Notes: generated from the sequence alone by a model not told the origin. 64,000 bases of DNA from Rhodospirillales bacterium (GCA_046582495.1 JAYGEG010000040.1:4388-68387), one strand, 5' to 3'. Numbered from the stretch's first letter, positions 1 through 10,688 are shown. A program made the numbers and translations.

Positions 1-1389
1 TTTGTGGTTTTCATCCAGCACCAGGCGCTTGGCGATACCTTTCGCAGCGCCAAAACTAACCGGACCGGCAAAATGATAAAGGACAATATGATCACCATAG
101 TCTGATAAGATTGCTTGTTCTGCGGCGGAAAAATGAAGGTCGTCCTCATCACCGATTGCCGCCCGAACGCTATCGAGCTGAAGATCGGTCATGCGCTTTA
201 CCAGCAGCAAGCTCGCGACCACCATGCCGGTGGCAAAAGCGACAATAAGATCGACAAAAACCGTCAAGCCAAGGACGACAAACATGATGACAACGCCTGC
301 ACGAGGTGCCCGCACCGCGCGTTTCAAATAGCCCCAATCAATAATGTCGATGCCAACTTTAACCAATATGCCTGCCAACACCGTATGGGGGATATGGCTC
401 GCCAAAGACCCTAATCCCAATACCAGCGCCAACAGGATAAGCGCATGCAGCATACCTGATAGCGGCGGCGCGCCCCCGGCCCGAATGTTGACCAAAGTCC
501 GCATCGTCGCGCCGGCACCTGGAATACCCCCAAATAGGCCGGCAACCAGATTGCCGATGCCTTGACCAATAAGCTCGCGGTTGGATATATGGTGCGTGCG
601 GGTAACCGAATCCGCGATTAATGACGTCAGCAAACTGTCGATACTGCCCAACAGCGCGAGAATCAGCGCCCACCCCACCATGCCCGGCAAATTTGAAAAA
701 TCAATTTGCGGCAGTTTTATCTCTGGCAGGCCGGTGGGAATTTCTCCCAAGATAGAAACGCCCGGCAAATAATTCGCGACAATAAGCGTGCCTATAACCA
801 AGGCAACCAAAGCCGATGGTAAAATGCGATTTAGCTTCGCCGGCATGAGCCACACAACGGCCAACACGCCCAGCCCGACAATGGCCGCATCCCATTTTAT
901 ATCTGCGAATATTGACGGCAGACCAAGAAACGTTCCCATCACCCCGCCTCCGGGCGCGGCATGACCAAAAAGCGGGCCTATTTGCAAAATGATTATAATG
1001 ACGCCGATGCCGCTCATAAAACCCGAGATCACCGTATAAGGCACAAGGCTGATCAGGCTGCCAAGACGAAGCACACTGAATAATATTTGAAAGGCACCGC
1101 CCATCATGATGATGGTAAAAGCGAGTTCCGGCTGGTCCACATAGTCTAGAAAAATTACCGCCATTACCACGGTCATCGGACCGGTTGGCCCGGAAATCTG
1201 ACTTGGTGTGCCGCCGAGAAGGGCGGCAAAGAAGCCAACAAAAACCGCGCCATAGAGCCCGGCAATAGGGCCGACGCCGGAAGCAACACCGAAGGCCAGC
1301 GCCAAGGGCAGTGCCACGACCGCCGCCGTTAGGCCGCCATAAATATCGCCGCGCAAATTTCTGAGATGGAAACCGTGAATGAATGCCAT
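1..1389 (-). CDS. SulP/SLC26 family anion (sulfate/bicarbonate) transporter; 3' end runs off the window
   Basis: Not in the ORF track. Manual translation from ATG 1389: MAFIHGFHLRNLRGDIYGGLTAAVVALPLALAFGVASG...GLYGA...GGTPSQISGPTGPMT...GQGIGN...GGIPGAGATMRT..N..AG. These are hallmark SulP motifs, and the frame stays open to position 1. Confidence 0.93.
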   Translation of the reverse strand, partial: MAFIHGFHLRNLRGDIYGGLTAAVVALPLALAFGVASGVGPIAGLYGAVFVGFFAALLGGTPSQISGPTGPMTVVMAVIFLDYVDQPELAFTIIMMGGAFQILFSVLRLGSLISLVPYTVISGFMSGIGVIIIILQIGPLFGHAAPGGGVMGTFLGLPSIFADIKWDAAIVGLGVLAVVWLMPAKLNRILPSALVALVIGTLIVANYLPGVSILGEIPTGLPEIKLPQIDFSNLPGMVGWALILALLGSIDSLLTSLIADSVTRTHHISNRELIGQGIGNLVAGLFGGIPGAGATMRTLVNIRAGGAPPLSGMLHALILLALVLGLGSLASHIPHTVLAGILVKVGIDIIDWGYLKRAVRAPRAGVVIMFVVLGLTVFVDLIVAFATGMVVASLLLVKRMTDLQLDSVRAAIGDEDDLHFSAAEQAILSDYGDHIVLYHFAGPVSFGAAKGIAKRLVLDENHK

Positions 1390-1447
1390 TTGCTTTAGAT
1401 GCGGCAAAAGCCTCAACAATGCAATAGGTTTAATAGGCCGCTTTAAA

Positions 1448-2563
1448 TTATGAAATGGCTTTGGCCGGCGCCACGAAAGTTAGGCCAAGATCCTTGGCAA
1501 CGGCTTCATAGGTTACGTCACCTTTGTGGATGTTGAGACCGTTCATAAGATGCGGATCGTCGTTCAACGCCTGGATGTAGCCTTTATTTGCAAGATCCAA
1601 AACGAACGGCAAGGTCGCGTTGTTGAGCGCGCGAGCCGACGTGCGCGCCACCGCTCCCGGCATATTAGTGACGCAATAATGCACAACATCATCGACCAAG
1701 TAGGTCGGGTCGGCATGGGTTGTTGGCCGGCTGGTTTCAAAACAGCCACCTTGGTCAATCGCAACATCAACGACAACCGAGCCTTTTTGCATTTTATGGA
1801 TCATGTCTTTGGTCACCAGCTTTGGCGCTGCCGCGCCCGGAATTAAAACCGCGCCAATCACCAAATCTGCATGAATGACATATTGCTCAACCGATTCCAT
1901 CGTCGCGTAAATCGTATTCAGCGTTGTACCAAATTGCATGTCCAGCTCATTGAGTCGCGGCAATGATTTATCGATCACCGTGACGGAGGCTTCTAAACCC
2001 ATTGCCATGCGCGTCGCGTTGGTGCCGACAACGCCGCCGCCGAGCACGACAACTTTTGCTACCGGCACACCCGGCACACCGCCAAGTAAAATGCCTTTGC
2101 CGCCTTTTTCATTTTCCAAACAAGCCGCGCCCACTTGAATGGACATGCGTCCGGCGACTTCGCTCATCGGTGCCAGTAAGGGCAGCCCGCCCTGATCATC
2201 GGTGACAGTTTCATAGGCAATCGCGATGCAGCCCGAATTAACCAAGCCCTCGGTTTGATCGGGCTCCGCCGCCAGATGAAGATAGGTGAACAGCACTTGG
2301 TCTGGGCGCAGCAACGATAGTTCAGAGCTCTGCGGTTCCTTGACTTTGACAATCATTTCGGCGGTTTCAAATACATCTTCTGCGCCCAGCAAAATATCCG
2401 CGCCAACAGCTTGATAGTCGCTGTCCTCAAAACCAACACCTACACCCGCATTTTGCTCGACAACAACTTCATGACCATTGTGGACGAGTTCACGGACGCT
2501 CGCCGGAACAAGCCCAACGCGATATTCGTGAACTTTGATCTCTTTTGGCACCCCAATGCGCAT
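1448..2563 (-). CDS. ald: Alanine dehydrogenase
   Basis: [30 protein letters not shown], Rossmann [26 protein letters not shown]. Confidence 0.97.
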   Translation of the reverse strand: MRIGVPKEIKVHEYRVGLVPASVRELVHNGHEVVVEQNAGVGVGFEDSDYQAVGADILLGAEDVFETAEMIVKVKEPQSSELSLLRPDQVLFTYLHLAAEPDQTEGLVNSGCIAIAYETVTDDQGGLPLLAPMSEVAGRMSIQVGAACLENEKGGKGILLGGVPGVPVAKVVVLGGGVVGTNATRMAMGLEASVTVIDKSLPRLNELDMQFGTTLNTIYATMESVEQYVIHADLVIGAVLIPGAAAPKLVTKDMIHKMQKGSVVVDVAIDQGGCFETSRPTTHADPTYLVDDVVHYCVTNMPGAVARTSARALNNATLPFVLDLANKGYIQALNDDPHLMNGLNIHKGDVTYEAVAKDLGLTFVAPAKAIS

Positions 2564-2699
2564 GGTTCGCTCCTATTGTCTTTGTCTTATTTTATATATA
2601 GTCACAAAATGATCGAACGGGCCTTAGTTTTAGTCAAGCTTATGTTTTTTGGGTTTTTGAGTTTTCTAAAACTGCGCCCTATGCTACCCAAGAACGACA

Positions 2700-3731
2700 A
2701 TGTCAAATGACGCAACACCAAAAACCATCTTGGTATATGTCGGCCTAGACCGGATCGGCGACAGCCTTTTGAAACTGCCCTTTGTTCGCGGTTTGCGACA
2801 GGCGTTTCCGGAGGCGCACATCACCTGGCTCGCCGGAAAAAATACCAGCGTCTATGCCGGTATCATGGCGCCCGTGGTGGCGGGATTAATTGACGAAGTG
2901 ATTGAATGCCCGGGCGCATTAACCGGAGAGGCGGCGGGCGTCGGCATTAGCCCCAAAGAGTTATTAAAGCGCCCGCTTGGTGGCCGCGGCTTTGAGCTGA
3001 TTATCGATACACAGAAAGTTGCGTTGGCAACCCTCATTTTATTTCGCATCCGCCATCGGGCTTTTGTTTCACCGTTTGGCAATTTCATATTGTCGTCCAA
3101 AAAACCGCCGAAGGATTATATTTTTCCTAAATTGATGCAGCGCCAATTGCTCGATTTATTGGAAATCACCACCGGGCAAACTTTTCCAACACCAGACAAG
3201 CTGGATATAGAGCTTGATCCGGGTCTTCATGAAACTGCCGCCGCCGCGCTGCCGAGCGGGCCCGATTATATCGGCCTGTCGCCGGGTGCAGGCGGCTTGC
3301 CAAAATGCTGGCCGCTTGAGAATTTTATTGAGCTCGCCAAAGAGCAGGTGGAAAAGAGCCGTGTGCCGGTTTTTATTCTCGGACCGCAAGAAGAGGATTG
3401 GCAGAATGAGATCAAGGCCGCCATACCCGAAGCATTGTTCCCGTTGCAAGAAGACGGCCTCGGCAAAGCACATGATTTTTCCCCACAGTTAACAATGGCG
3501 CTATCCACTCGTTTGGCATTAGCGGTCTCCAACGATTCTGGTACAGGTCATATGTTTGCAACAGGCGGTGCTAAATTAATTTCGCTGTTCGGTCGGACGG
3601 TGCCGGAAAAATTTATGCCGATGGCACATAACCTCACCATCATCCGCGCCCAGGATTTCGGCGGGCGGGAAATGCACTTTATTCCTGTGGGCGCTGTTAG
3701 TCAGGCGGTTGAGGCTGTGCTGGCTGATTAA
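2700..3731 (+). CDS. Glycosyltransferase family 9 (heptosyltransferase-like)
   Basis: DRIGDSLLKLP, FPEAHITWL, GLSPGAG..KCWPLENF, VSNDSGTGHM. Its 3' end overlaps the 3' end of ampG by 35 bp. Confidence 0.88.
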   Translation: MSNDATPKTILVYVGLDRIGDSLLKLPFVRGLRQAFPEAHITWLAGKNTSVYAGIMAPVVAGLIDEVIECPGALTGEAAGVGISPKELLKRPLGGRGFELIIDTQKVALATLILFRIRHRAFVSPFGNFILSSKKPPKDYIFPKLMQRQLLDLLEITTGQTFPTPDKLDIELDPGLHETAAAALPSGPDYIGLSPGAGGLPKCWPLENFIELAKEQVEKSRVPVFILGPQEEDWQNEIKAAIPEALFPLQEDGLGKAHDFSPQLTMALSTRLALAVSNDSGTGHMFATGGAKLISLFGRTVPEKFMPMAHNLTIIRAQDFGGREMHFIPVGAVSQAVEAVLAD

Positions 3732-5043
3732 CCTTCTTAATCATATAGACCAGCAAAAATAATCCCGGTAGTGCCGCCACTGTCGTTAAGATGAAAAACG
3801 TCGGCCAGTTCACCTGATCCGCCACCCAGCCTGATCCTGATGTCATCACGGTACGAGAAAATGCCATAAAAGAAGTGAGCAGTGCATATTGAGTGGCGGT
3901 ATAGGCAACATTGCAAAGGCTGGAGAGATAGGCAACAAAAGCAACCGTCCCCATGCTGGTGGTAAAGTTTTCAACCCCGATGGTCACCGCCAGCATTCCC
4001 GGGCTATATCCTGCCGAAGCCTGAACAACAAAAACCAAATTGGATGCCGCCATCAACACGCCGCTTATGAGAAGACCTCGCATTATGCCGATCTTCGCGA
4101 GCAATAATCCACCAAACAAGCCGCCAATAATTAACGGCGGAAACCCAACCAGCTTGGCGATAGTGCCGATCTCCGTATTGGAAAATCCCAGCTCAAGAAA
4201 AAATGGGATTTTCATCACAGTCAAAACCGCATCGCCGAATTTATACAACAAAATAAACAGCAAAATTAAAAGCCAGTTGGGCCGGGTGAGAAACTCGATA
4301 AACGGACAAAAGACCGAGCCATAAATCCAAGCGCCGGCCCGCGCGAAAATTTCCGGCAAATGGGCATTACGTTCGAGAAAATCTTCCGCCCGCTGCTCTA
4401 ATGCCTTGGCCTCATCCGAAATCGGTACCTGCGGTTCGGGATTAAGCAAGATTGCAATCACGCCGACGCCGACGGCAAATGCAAGGCCGGTAAACACAAC
4501 CTGCCAGGAAACCAGATCAGCAAAAATCAGCGCCGCGGCAGCGCCGCCCCAAGAAGATAGCCGCCAGCCATTGATCGCAAGCGCCGCCCCTGCTGCCAAT
4601 TGGTCTTGTTCCAAAATTTCTACCCGGTAAGCATCGATCACAATATCCTGGCTCGCCGAGGCAAAAGAAACCGCCAAGGCAAAGGCCGCCGTCCACCAAA
4701 GACTATCGACGGGATCGGAGAGACCCAGTTTTATGATTGTGGCGATCAAGGCGATTTGAGTGACCAATGCCCAGCCTCGCCGACGGCCGAACATTTTTGT
4801 GATGCCGGGAAGCGGCACACGATCCATGATCGGTGCCCATAAAAATTTGAGCGCATAGGGCAAGCTGACCAGCGCAAATAGTCCAATGGTCGTTTTATCG
4901 ACGCCGGACCCCGCCAGCCAAGCCGTCATCGGCTCGGCCAACACACCAAACGGCAAGCCACTGGAAAATCCCAAAAACAGCATCGCCAAAACACGCCTGT
5001 CCAAATAGACCTTGAGCGCAGAAGACCAATTTGTGTTCGTCAT
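3697..5043 (-). CDS. ampG: AmpG family muropeptide MFS transporter
   Basis: MLFLGFSSGLPF, LPYALKFLWAP, SASQDIVIDAYRVE, YTATQYALLTS. Start moved to ATG 5043, which gives an ATGA overlap with the upstream GT9 stop. Confidence 0.92.
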   Translation of the reverse strand: MTNTNWSSALKVYLDRRVLAMLFLGFSSGLPFGVLAEPMTAWLAGSGVDKTTIGLFALVSLPYALKFLWAPIMDRVPLPGITKMFGRRRGWALVTQIALIATIIKLGLSDPVDSLWWTAAFALAVSFASASQDIVIDAYRVEILEQDQLAAGAALAINGWRLSSWGGAAAALIFADLVSWQVVFTGLAFAVGVGVIAILLNPEPQVPISDEAKALEQRAEDFLERNAHLPEIFARAGAWIYGSVFCPFIEFLTRPNWLLILLFILLYKFGDAVLTVMKIPFFLELGFSNTEIGTIAKLVGFPPLIIGGLFGGLLLAKIGIMRGLLISGVLMAASNLVFVVQASAGYSPGMLAVTIGVENFTTSMGTVAFVAYLSSLCNVAYTATQYALLTSFMAFSRTVMTSGSGWVADQVNWPTFFILTTVAALPGLFLLVYMIKKVNQPAQPQPPD

Positions 5044-6143
5044 ATCGAAAGAAGCTCGTCGATCGCGGCGAGTATTTGGGTCTGGTCCAATCGTGCCACA
5101 CACGGAAACCGATTGTTTTCCGCCGGCAAGATGCAATTTCCAAGGCAGCCTTCACAGGCCATCGGCGTATAAACAAAGCGCACATTGTCGGGTGTGATTT
5201 CCGGCGCATAGGGCACAATCTCACCGACATAGGCCGCGCTCGCCAAACAAATTGTCGGCGCACCAACTGCCGCCGCCAAATGCATGCAGGCGGTATCTAC
5301 CGATACGACCAATTGGGCCTGTTTGAGTTTGGGCGCTAAATCTTCAAAAAAGGCGATCTCAAAACTCACATTGGGGCGATTTGCCAAAGACATGTATTCA
5401 GGGTTTTTCTCCAAATCATTGGGCGCACTTGCAATGACAAAATCGCAGCGCCCTTCAAGATGCTGCATGATCGCCAAAAATACATCCGGCGGGCTTTGCT
5501 TTTCTTTGACAGCGGAAAACGGCACGAGGATCACGGTCGGCCGCGGATAGGCTGGTCCCGCTTTCACCGCGCCATCCGGCAAGCGAACGAGTGGCGCGGG
5601 AATAGAATACTGCCCCTTCCCCGTCAACCAATTGGCAAGCCGCGCCCAACGCAGAACCTTATCCAAATGAACGGGCCCACTTTCAAACAATCGACTATAA
5701 AGCGCCCTGTTTTTGGTCAATGCCTTGTCATATTTCGGCCAGGAGCGCGGTGCCATTGCCAAAGTCTCAGGCGCGGCACAGGCTTTAATCAAGGCTTCAT
5801 CAAGTTTCGGATGGCGCAAAAAATCGGTGCTGACGACAACCCGGTAATTTGCCTCATAAAGCCGGTCAAAAATTTCCTTTTTGTAGGTCCGGCTTTTTCT
5901 AAAGGCCGTGTAATCAACCGGCAATATGTTGATTTTCTCATCGAACAGAAAAGCCATTTTGATGGCTTCTCTCGGCAACACCAGGGTTATGTCTTCTCCG
6001 GGTTCGGCCATCGCGCACATGCGATCAAAGACCAGCGACAATAAAACTGTATCGCCAAGTCCACCAGAAGAGATGAAGAGGATGCCGCTTGCTTCACTTG
6101 AGCGTTGCTTGGCCGAAGAAAATAATGAAGTCCAGGCCATCAC
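5040..6143 (-). CDS. Glycosyltransferase family 9
   Basis: SSGGLGDTVL, VVSVDTACMHLAAAVGAPTI, C-terminal CEGCLGNC motif. Confidence 0.87.
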   Translation of the reverse strand: MMAWTSLFSSAKQRSSEASGILFISSGGLGDTVLLSLVFDRMCAMAEPGEDITLVLPREAIKMAFLFDEKINILPVDYTAFRKSRTYKKEIFDRLYEANYRVVVSTDFLRHPKLDEALIKACAAPETLAMAPRSWPKYDKALTKNRALYSRLFESGPVHLDKVLRWARLANWLTGKGQYSIPAPLVRLPDGAVKAGPAYPRPTVILVPFSAVKEKQSPPDVFLAIMQHLEGRCDFVIASAPNDLEKNPEYMSLANRPNVSFEIAFFEDLAPKLKQAQLVVSVDTACMHLAAAVGAPTICLASAAYVGEIVPYAPEITPDNVRFVYTPMACEGCLGNCILPAENNRFPCVARLDQTQILAAIDELLSI

Positions 6144-6829
6144 ACGTCTTCAGAGCGCGCCAAAATTGCGAGAAAATTTGCAGACCAACTTTCCGGTGGA
6201 GACATCAATATGGAAGATAAAAACTTATGAAATATAGTATCCAAAACCCGCCGTTTTCTGGATCCAGAGATTTGGCCGTAACACCTCACGCATTCAAACC
6301 CGCCCGCGAGGGCGAGCTGGCGAATGCTCAAAGGATTGTAAGCTGTGCGGTGGGTTAAGTCGCCATATTGATAGGTTAGCCCCCAGGGCGATGCGGCATT
6401 TGGCAGGCGAACCACAATGGATCCTTTTTTGTTTAATACGGTGTCCAGTTTTTTGAGAATGCCGACTGCCTCTTCAGAAGCAAAATGTTCGAGGACATCA
6501 AACAACACGATATAATCAAATTTTTGGTCGATTTGAGTCCACTCAGCGTCATCCAAAATATTTATAATTTTGAAATGGTCTTGAATGTCTGGGGCAATGT
6601 AATTCGCTAACTCGGCATCAATATCAATGCCTAAAAATTTCTCGAGCTTTTTATGATTCAAATATTTTAAGAAGAGTCCGGTGCCGCACCCGATTTCCAA
6701 CACTGCCGAAGACGGCGTGCATTTTGCCGGCTGCCAAAATTCTCGATCAAACTGGCGCACAACTTTGTCCTGCAGCTCAGGCGTGCTGTAGGATTTATAC
6801 TGATTGTAACTGTCGTAAAAATTTACCAT
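6140..6829 (-). CDS. Class I SAM-dependent methyltransferase
   Basis: VLEIGCGTGLFL, FDYIVLFDVLEHF, GSIVVRLPNA, DLTHRT. Hand-counted 60-mers at 6541 and 6601 are 33-35% GC. Confidence 0.88.
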   Translation of the reverse strand: MVNFYDSYNQYKSYSTPELQDKVVRQFDREFWQPAKCTPSSAVLEIGCGTGLFLKYLNHKKLEKFLGIDIDAELANYIAPDIQDHFKIINILDDAEWTQIDQKFDYIVLFDVLEHFASEEAVGILKKLDTVLNKKGSIVVRLPNAASPWGLTYQYGDLTHRTAYNPLSIRQLALAGGFECVRCYGQISGSRKRRVLDTIFHKFLSSILMSPPESWSANFLAILARSEDV

Positions 6830-8113
6830 TTAGAATTTTAATAATTGCGTTGTAGCATCCATAACCTTGCCAACCTCAACCCCGCTAACGCACGGAAAAA
6901 CATCGAATTTTGTTGCTCGTTTGGGACATCGCCAGAAACAGTGATAACACGACATTTCTTCAAATGCGAACCGGACATAAGGCGGGCAAACTTCTTCAGG
7001 ATAAGGCACAAAACTGCCAAAATGCCCACCGCCAACCACCACGACTGTTGGCGTTTCGAGCGCGATTGATAAATGAGCAGGACCGGTATCGTTGCTGATC
7101 ACGCAGGCTGCGTGTTTCAGTACGTCCAACAGCTCCGGCACCGTGGTTTTACCAGTAAGATCTATAATCCGCGCGTCACTGCCAAAGCGCGTCCGGTGAT
7201 CTCCGGCCCGTTCACCTGGACCACCAACGATTACCACCCGATATTCTTTTTCCATCAATTGTTCGGCAATATCGAGATAACTTTCGAATGGCCAGCGGCG
7301 GCCGTATTCATTGCTGCCGGGATTAAGTACGACATAGGGTGCATCTCCCAAATGCGAAGACCTATTGTCACGCCACGAAATTTTCGGCGGACGCAGTGCG
7401 ATTTTTGGATCATTGTTCGTCTCAATTGCTGTTTCAGCACAGCCCAAAAGAAAACGATAATGCCTAATTATCTCATGTGTCGGATAAGGTCCTGTATCTA
7501 TGATCTGATCAACCTGGCTTAAATAATAATTAAACTCGGTTCGTGTTGGCTCATTAATATAGGGGAGCGAAACAATCGATTTGGGAGCACCCGTCATCCA
7601 AACCAAACTATCCGCCATCAAGGCACGGCGCAGATAGGAATCACATATTGTGATGGCGGGCGCAATTCGGCGAACTTTCAAGCCGATCCAAAAACGATAA
7701 AATGCCCGGCGGGCAAAGGCGTGTTCATTGATGATCAGTACTTTGTAGCCTTCAAATATAGGGCCGGCGATGGGGCCCCAACTTTCGCAGCCGAGCACGG
7801 TGATTTCAGATTGATCAACGCCGAAGGTCGCCGCATAATCATCAAGCGCTTGGCGAAACAAAATCATATCGCCAATACCATCCATCCGAACAACAAGCAG
7901 GCCTTTGCGCGGTTTGATTAGCGGCCAAAAGCGTACCAGCAAATCAAAAATTCGAAACAGCCACCACCGCCGCCGCATCCCGGCCGGCAAAGCCCGCCAA
8001 AACCACGATCCCTCAAATCGATGGCCGGTCAGCATTGCGCCGAGTTCTGGTTTAGAGCCTGAAGTAAGCTCGGATGTAGAAGACAAAGTTTGTGTGCCCG
8101 GTGTCACAATCAA
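6830..8113 (-). CDS. Glycosyltransferase family 9 (start uncertain; ATG 8035 is an alternative)
   Basis: RMDGIGDMIL, VVLNPGS...RRWP, TTVPELLDVL..A.CVISNDTGPAHL, CYHCFWRC. Confidence 0.87.
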   Translation of the reverse strand: MIVTPGTQTLSSTSELTSGSKPELGAMLTGHRFEGSWFWRALPAGMRRRWWLFRIFDLLVRFWPLIKPRKGLLVVRMDGIGDMILFRQALDDYAATFGVDQSEITVLGCESWGPIAGPIFEGYKVLIINEHAFARRAFYRFWIGLKVRRIAPAITICDSYLRRALMADSLVWMTGAPKSIVSLPYINEPTRTEFNYYLSQVDQIIDTGPYPTHEIIRHYRFLLGCAETAIETNNDPKIALRPPKISWRDNRSSHLGDAPYVVLNPGSNEYGRRWPFESYLDIAEQLMEKEYRVVIVGGPGERAGDHRTRFGSDARIIDLTGKTTVPELLDVLKHAACVISNDTGPAHLSIALETPTVVVVGGGHFGSFVPYPEEVCPPYVRFAFEEMSCYHCFWRCPKRATKFDVFPCVSGVEVGKVMDATTQLLKF

Positions 8114-9109
8114 TCACTTCAGTTTTTCAGCTAAAACAGCTTTTAGGTCGTTCTCGGCGCGGGCACCATAATGCGAAATTATTTCCGCGGCCAATATACC
8201 GCCGATGTGGCCACAGGTTGCTAATTCCCTACCTTGTGTCAGGCCGTACAAAAATCCAGCCGCGTATGAATCGCCCGCTCCTGTCGTATCGACAACCTTG
8301 TCAATCTTCTCAGCATTGATGACATGAACTTCCTCGCCCGCCACGACGACTGAGCCTTGAGAGCTTCGGGTCAGAGCCGCAATGTCACAATGACCTCGAA
8401 CATATTGAAGCGCCGCGTCAAAATCATCAACTTGATAGAGCGATTTTATTTCGTCTTCATTGGCGAACAATATATTGACGTGATTATTGACCAAATCGAG
8501 AAATTCTTCTCGATGGCGATCGACGCAAAACGGATCAGAAAGGCTAAGCGCAACCTGACGTCCGGCCTCGGCGGCAATTTTGGCCGCTTTGATAAAGGCT
8601 TCTTTTGCACGCGGTGGGTCCCAAAGATAGCCTTCCAAATACAACACTTTCGATGCACCAACGACCTGATCGTCAACATCTTCCGGGCCGAGATCAACAC
8701 AGGCACCCAAAAACGTTTGCATGGTACGCTCAGCATCCGGCGTCACACAAATAAGGCAGCGCGCGGTGGGCACGCCGTTTTCATCAGCTTTGGTTTCAAA
8801 AGATACGCCGACGGCACGAATATCGTGGGTGAATACATCGCCCAATTGATCCTTACAGACTTTACCAATAAAGGCGCCAGCCCCGCCTAAAGAGGCGATG
8901 CCGGCAATCGTGTTGGCGGCAGAGCCACCAGAGACCTCAACACCCGAACCCATCAGGCCATAAATTTTTTCAGCCGTCTCAGCGTCAATGATGGTCATGG
9001 CACCTTTGGCAAGGCCGTGTTCTTCGAGAAATGCGTCCTCGGCATGGGCCAAAACATCTACAATGGCATTGCCTATGCCAACAACATCAAATTTCGTATC
9101 GCTCATCAA
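8114..9109 (-). CDS. Adenosine kinase-like PfkB family carbohydrate kinase
   Basis: DVVGIGNAIVDVL, SGGSAANT, FANEDE, VDTTGAGDSYAAGFLYGL. Confidence 0.92.
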   Translation of the reverse strand: MMSDTKFDVVGIGNAIVDVLAHAEDAFLEEHGLAKGAMTIIDAETAEKIYGLMGSGVEVSGGSAANTIAGIASLGGAGAFIGKVCKDQLGDVFTHDIRAVGVSFETKADENGVPTARCLICVTPDAERTMQTFLGACVDLGPEDVDDQVVGASKVLYLEGYLWDPPRAKEAFIKAAKIAAEAGRQVALSLSDPFCVDRHREEFLDLVNNHVNILFANEDEIKSLYQVDDFDAALQYVRGHCDIAALTRSSQGSVVVAGEEVHVINAEKIDKVVDTTGAGDSYAAGFLYGLTQGRELATCGHIGGILAAEIISHYGARAENDLKAVLAEKLK

Positions 9110-9314
9110 ATAATATCGCCTTATTGTTTGGGGTAAGCTCGGGCAGCAGGCATCTTACGCGCCTCCAATCCTTCATTAGTATAACCCTGCCAAACATCGC
9201 TTCAAGTGATCCGTCAAAATTAGCCCTTCGTCCTCTTGTAGTCTGAAGCAAACCCCGATAAACAGGGTAATTGACGACTCCTTTTAAGATGCATAATTTC
9301 GGAACTTTTAGTAC

Positions 9315-10040
9315 ATGATATCAGCTTTTTCGCTCGCAATTGGTCAGCTTTCCGATAAGTCCTTGCGCCAAGTGGTGTGGATCGGATTGATTGGATCTCT
9401 CGCGATTTTTATGTTGTTGTGGCTGACAATTGGTTTTGTGCTTTTTGAAACTGAGCTATTTGCCACCGGATGGCTGTTTGGTTTATACGACAAAATCGTT
9501 GAATGGTTAACTGATATTTTTGGCGGCGTGCTGGTAATTATAGCAACTTGGTTTCTGTTTCCGGCCATAGCAACGCTGATCGCCAGTTTTTTTCTCGAAC
9601 GCGCGGCTTTGGCAGTCGAGAACAAGCACTACCCTGATTTACCGGAAACCCGCGGTCAGGGTTTAAGTGAAATTATTAAAATTACGGTAAAGTTTACCGG
9701 CCTATCGATCGTGCTAAATATACTCGCCTTACCGATATATCTGCTTTTCTTTTTCTTAGGGCCGCTCAATCTTTTTGTCTTCTACGCCTTGAACGGGTAT
9801 CTTCTCGGCAGAGAATATTTTGAACTGATTGCGCATCGGCGATTGGAGCCTTTGGCAGCGATCCATTTGCGGGAAGCTTTTCGGGGGCAAATGTTTATGG
9901 CGGGTGTCATTATCACCTTTTTAATGACGATTCCGGTGGTAAACTTAATTGCGCCTGTAATTGCAACCGCTGCAATGGTGCATTTGGTTCAAGGATGGCG
10001 TAATAGAATAGATGCGCTAAACCAAAAAGTGGATTTGTAG
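9315..10040 (+). CDS. EI24/CysZ-like inner membrane protein
   Basis: Several hydrophobic helices; ALAVENKHYP, NGYLLGREYFELIAHRR, IPVVNLIAPVIATAAMVH. Confidence 0.8.
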   Translation: MISAFSLAIGQLSDKSLRQVVWIGLIGSLAIFMLLWLTIGFVLFETELFATGWLFGLYDKIVEWLTDIFGGVLVIIATWFLFPAIATLIASFFLERAALAVENKHYPDLPETRGQGLSEIIKITVKFTGLSIVLNILALPIYLLFFFLGPLNLFVFYALNGYLLGREYFELIAHRRLEPLAAIHLREAFRGQMFMAGVIITFLMTIPVVNLIAPVIATAAMVHLVQGWRNRIDALNQKVDL

Positions 10041-10073
10041 CCAATAAAACTGGGTAATTGATTGGAAGTGACA

Positions 10074-10688
10074 ATGTTTGGAAAAAACAAAGACAACGAC
10101 GCAAGCGCGGGCAGCTCGGCAGCGGAAAACGCTTCAGCAAACGCGGCAGAAAAGCAATCTAACAACGATATATCAGCCCCGCCGCTCAAGCCGTTTTCAA
10201 AAAAAGGCTCGCATGCTCCCGGAAAAAACGCCGGCGCAGCATTCCGCCCAGAGATACCCAGGCGTTTTATGGAAATTCCAGGCGGCCCGAAACGCTCCGA
10301 ACATATGTTGTCTTTGGATGATGAGGCCAATCGTCTGACGATCGGCCGCAACATTTGCCTGAGCGGCGAAATTACGGCTTGCGAAAAACTGGTCGTTAAT
10401 GGCCGGGTCGAAGCCACGCTCACCGATGCGCACACGATTGAAGTCTCGCCCAGCGGATATTTCAAAGGAAGTGCGGACGTTATGGAAGCAGAAATCAGCG
10501 GCAAATTCGAAGGAACCCTTGTCGCCAAAGACCTTTTGACCATTCACAAAGAAGGTAAAGTCGATGGATCGGTCCGCTATGGCAGAATTGTCATTGAAGC
10601 CGGCGGCGAAATATCCGGCGATATGGCATCACTGGACGATTCCGGCGACGCCTCAGACAGCGCTTCTGGCACCGACGGCTCCAGTTAA
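10074..10688 (+). CDS. Bactofilin (polymer-forming cytoskeletal protein) with a disordered N-terminus
   Basis: LTIGRNICLSGEITACEKLVVNGRVEA...GSADVMEAEISGKFEGTLVAKDLLTIHKEGKVDGSVRYGRIVIEAGGEISG is the bactofilin beta-helix. Start set to ATG 10074. Confidence 0.9.
   Translation: MFGKNKDNDASAGSSAAENASANAAEKQSNNDISAPPLKPFSKKGSHAPGKNAGAAFRPEIPRRFMEIPGGPKRSEHMLSLDDEANRLTIGRNICLSGEITACEKLVVNGRVEATLTDAHTIEVSPSGYFKGSADVMEAEISGKFEGTLVAKDLLTIHKEGKVDGSVRYGRIVIEAGGEISGDMASLDDSGDASDSASGTDGSS

Noticed and set aside
8114-9109. PfkB kinase as the HldE/RfaE heptose kinase, given the GT9 neighbours
   Set aside because: The sequence matches the common alphaproteobacterial adenosine-kinase-like type (GNAIVDVL, YLEGYLWD), and there is no nucleotidyltransferase domain.
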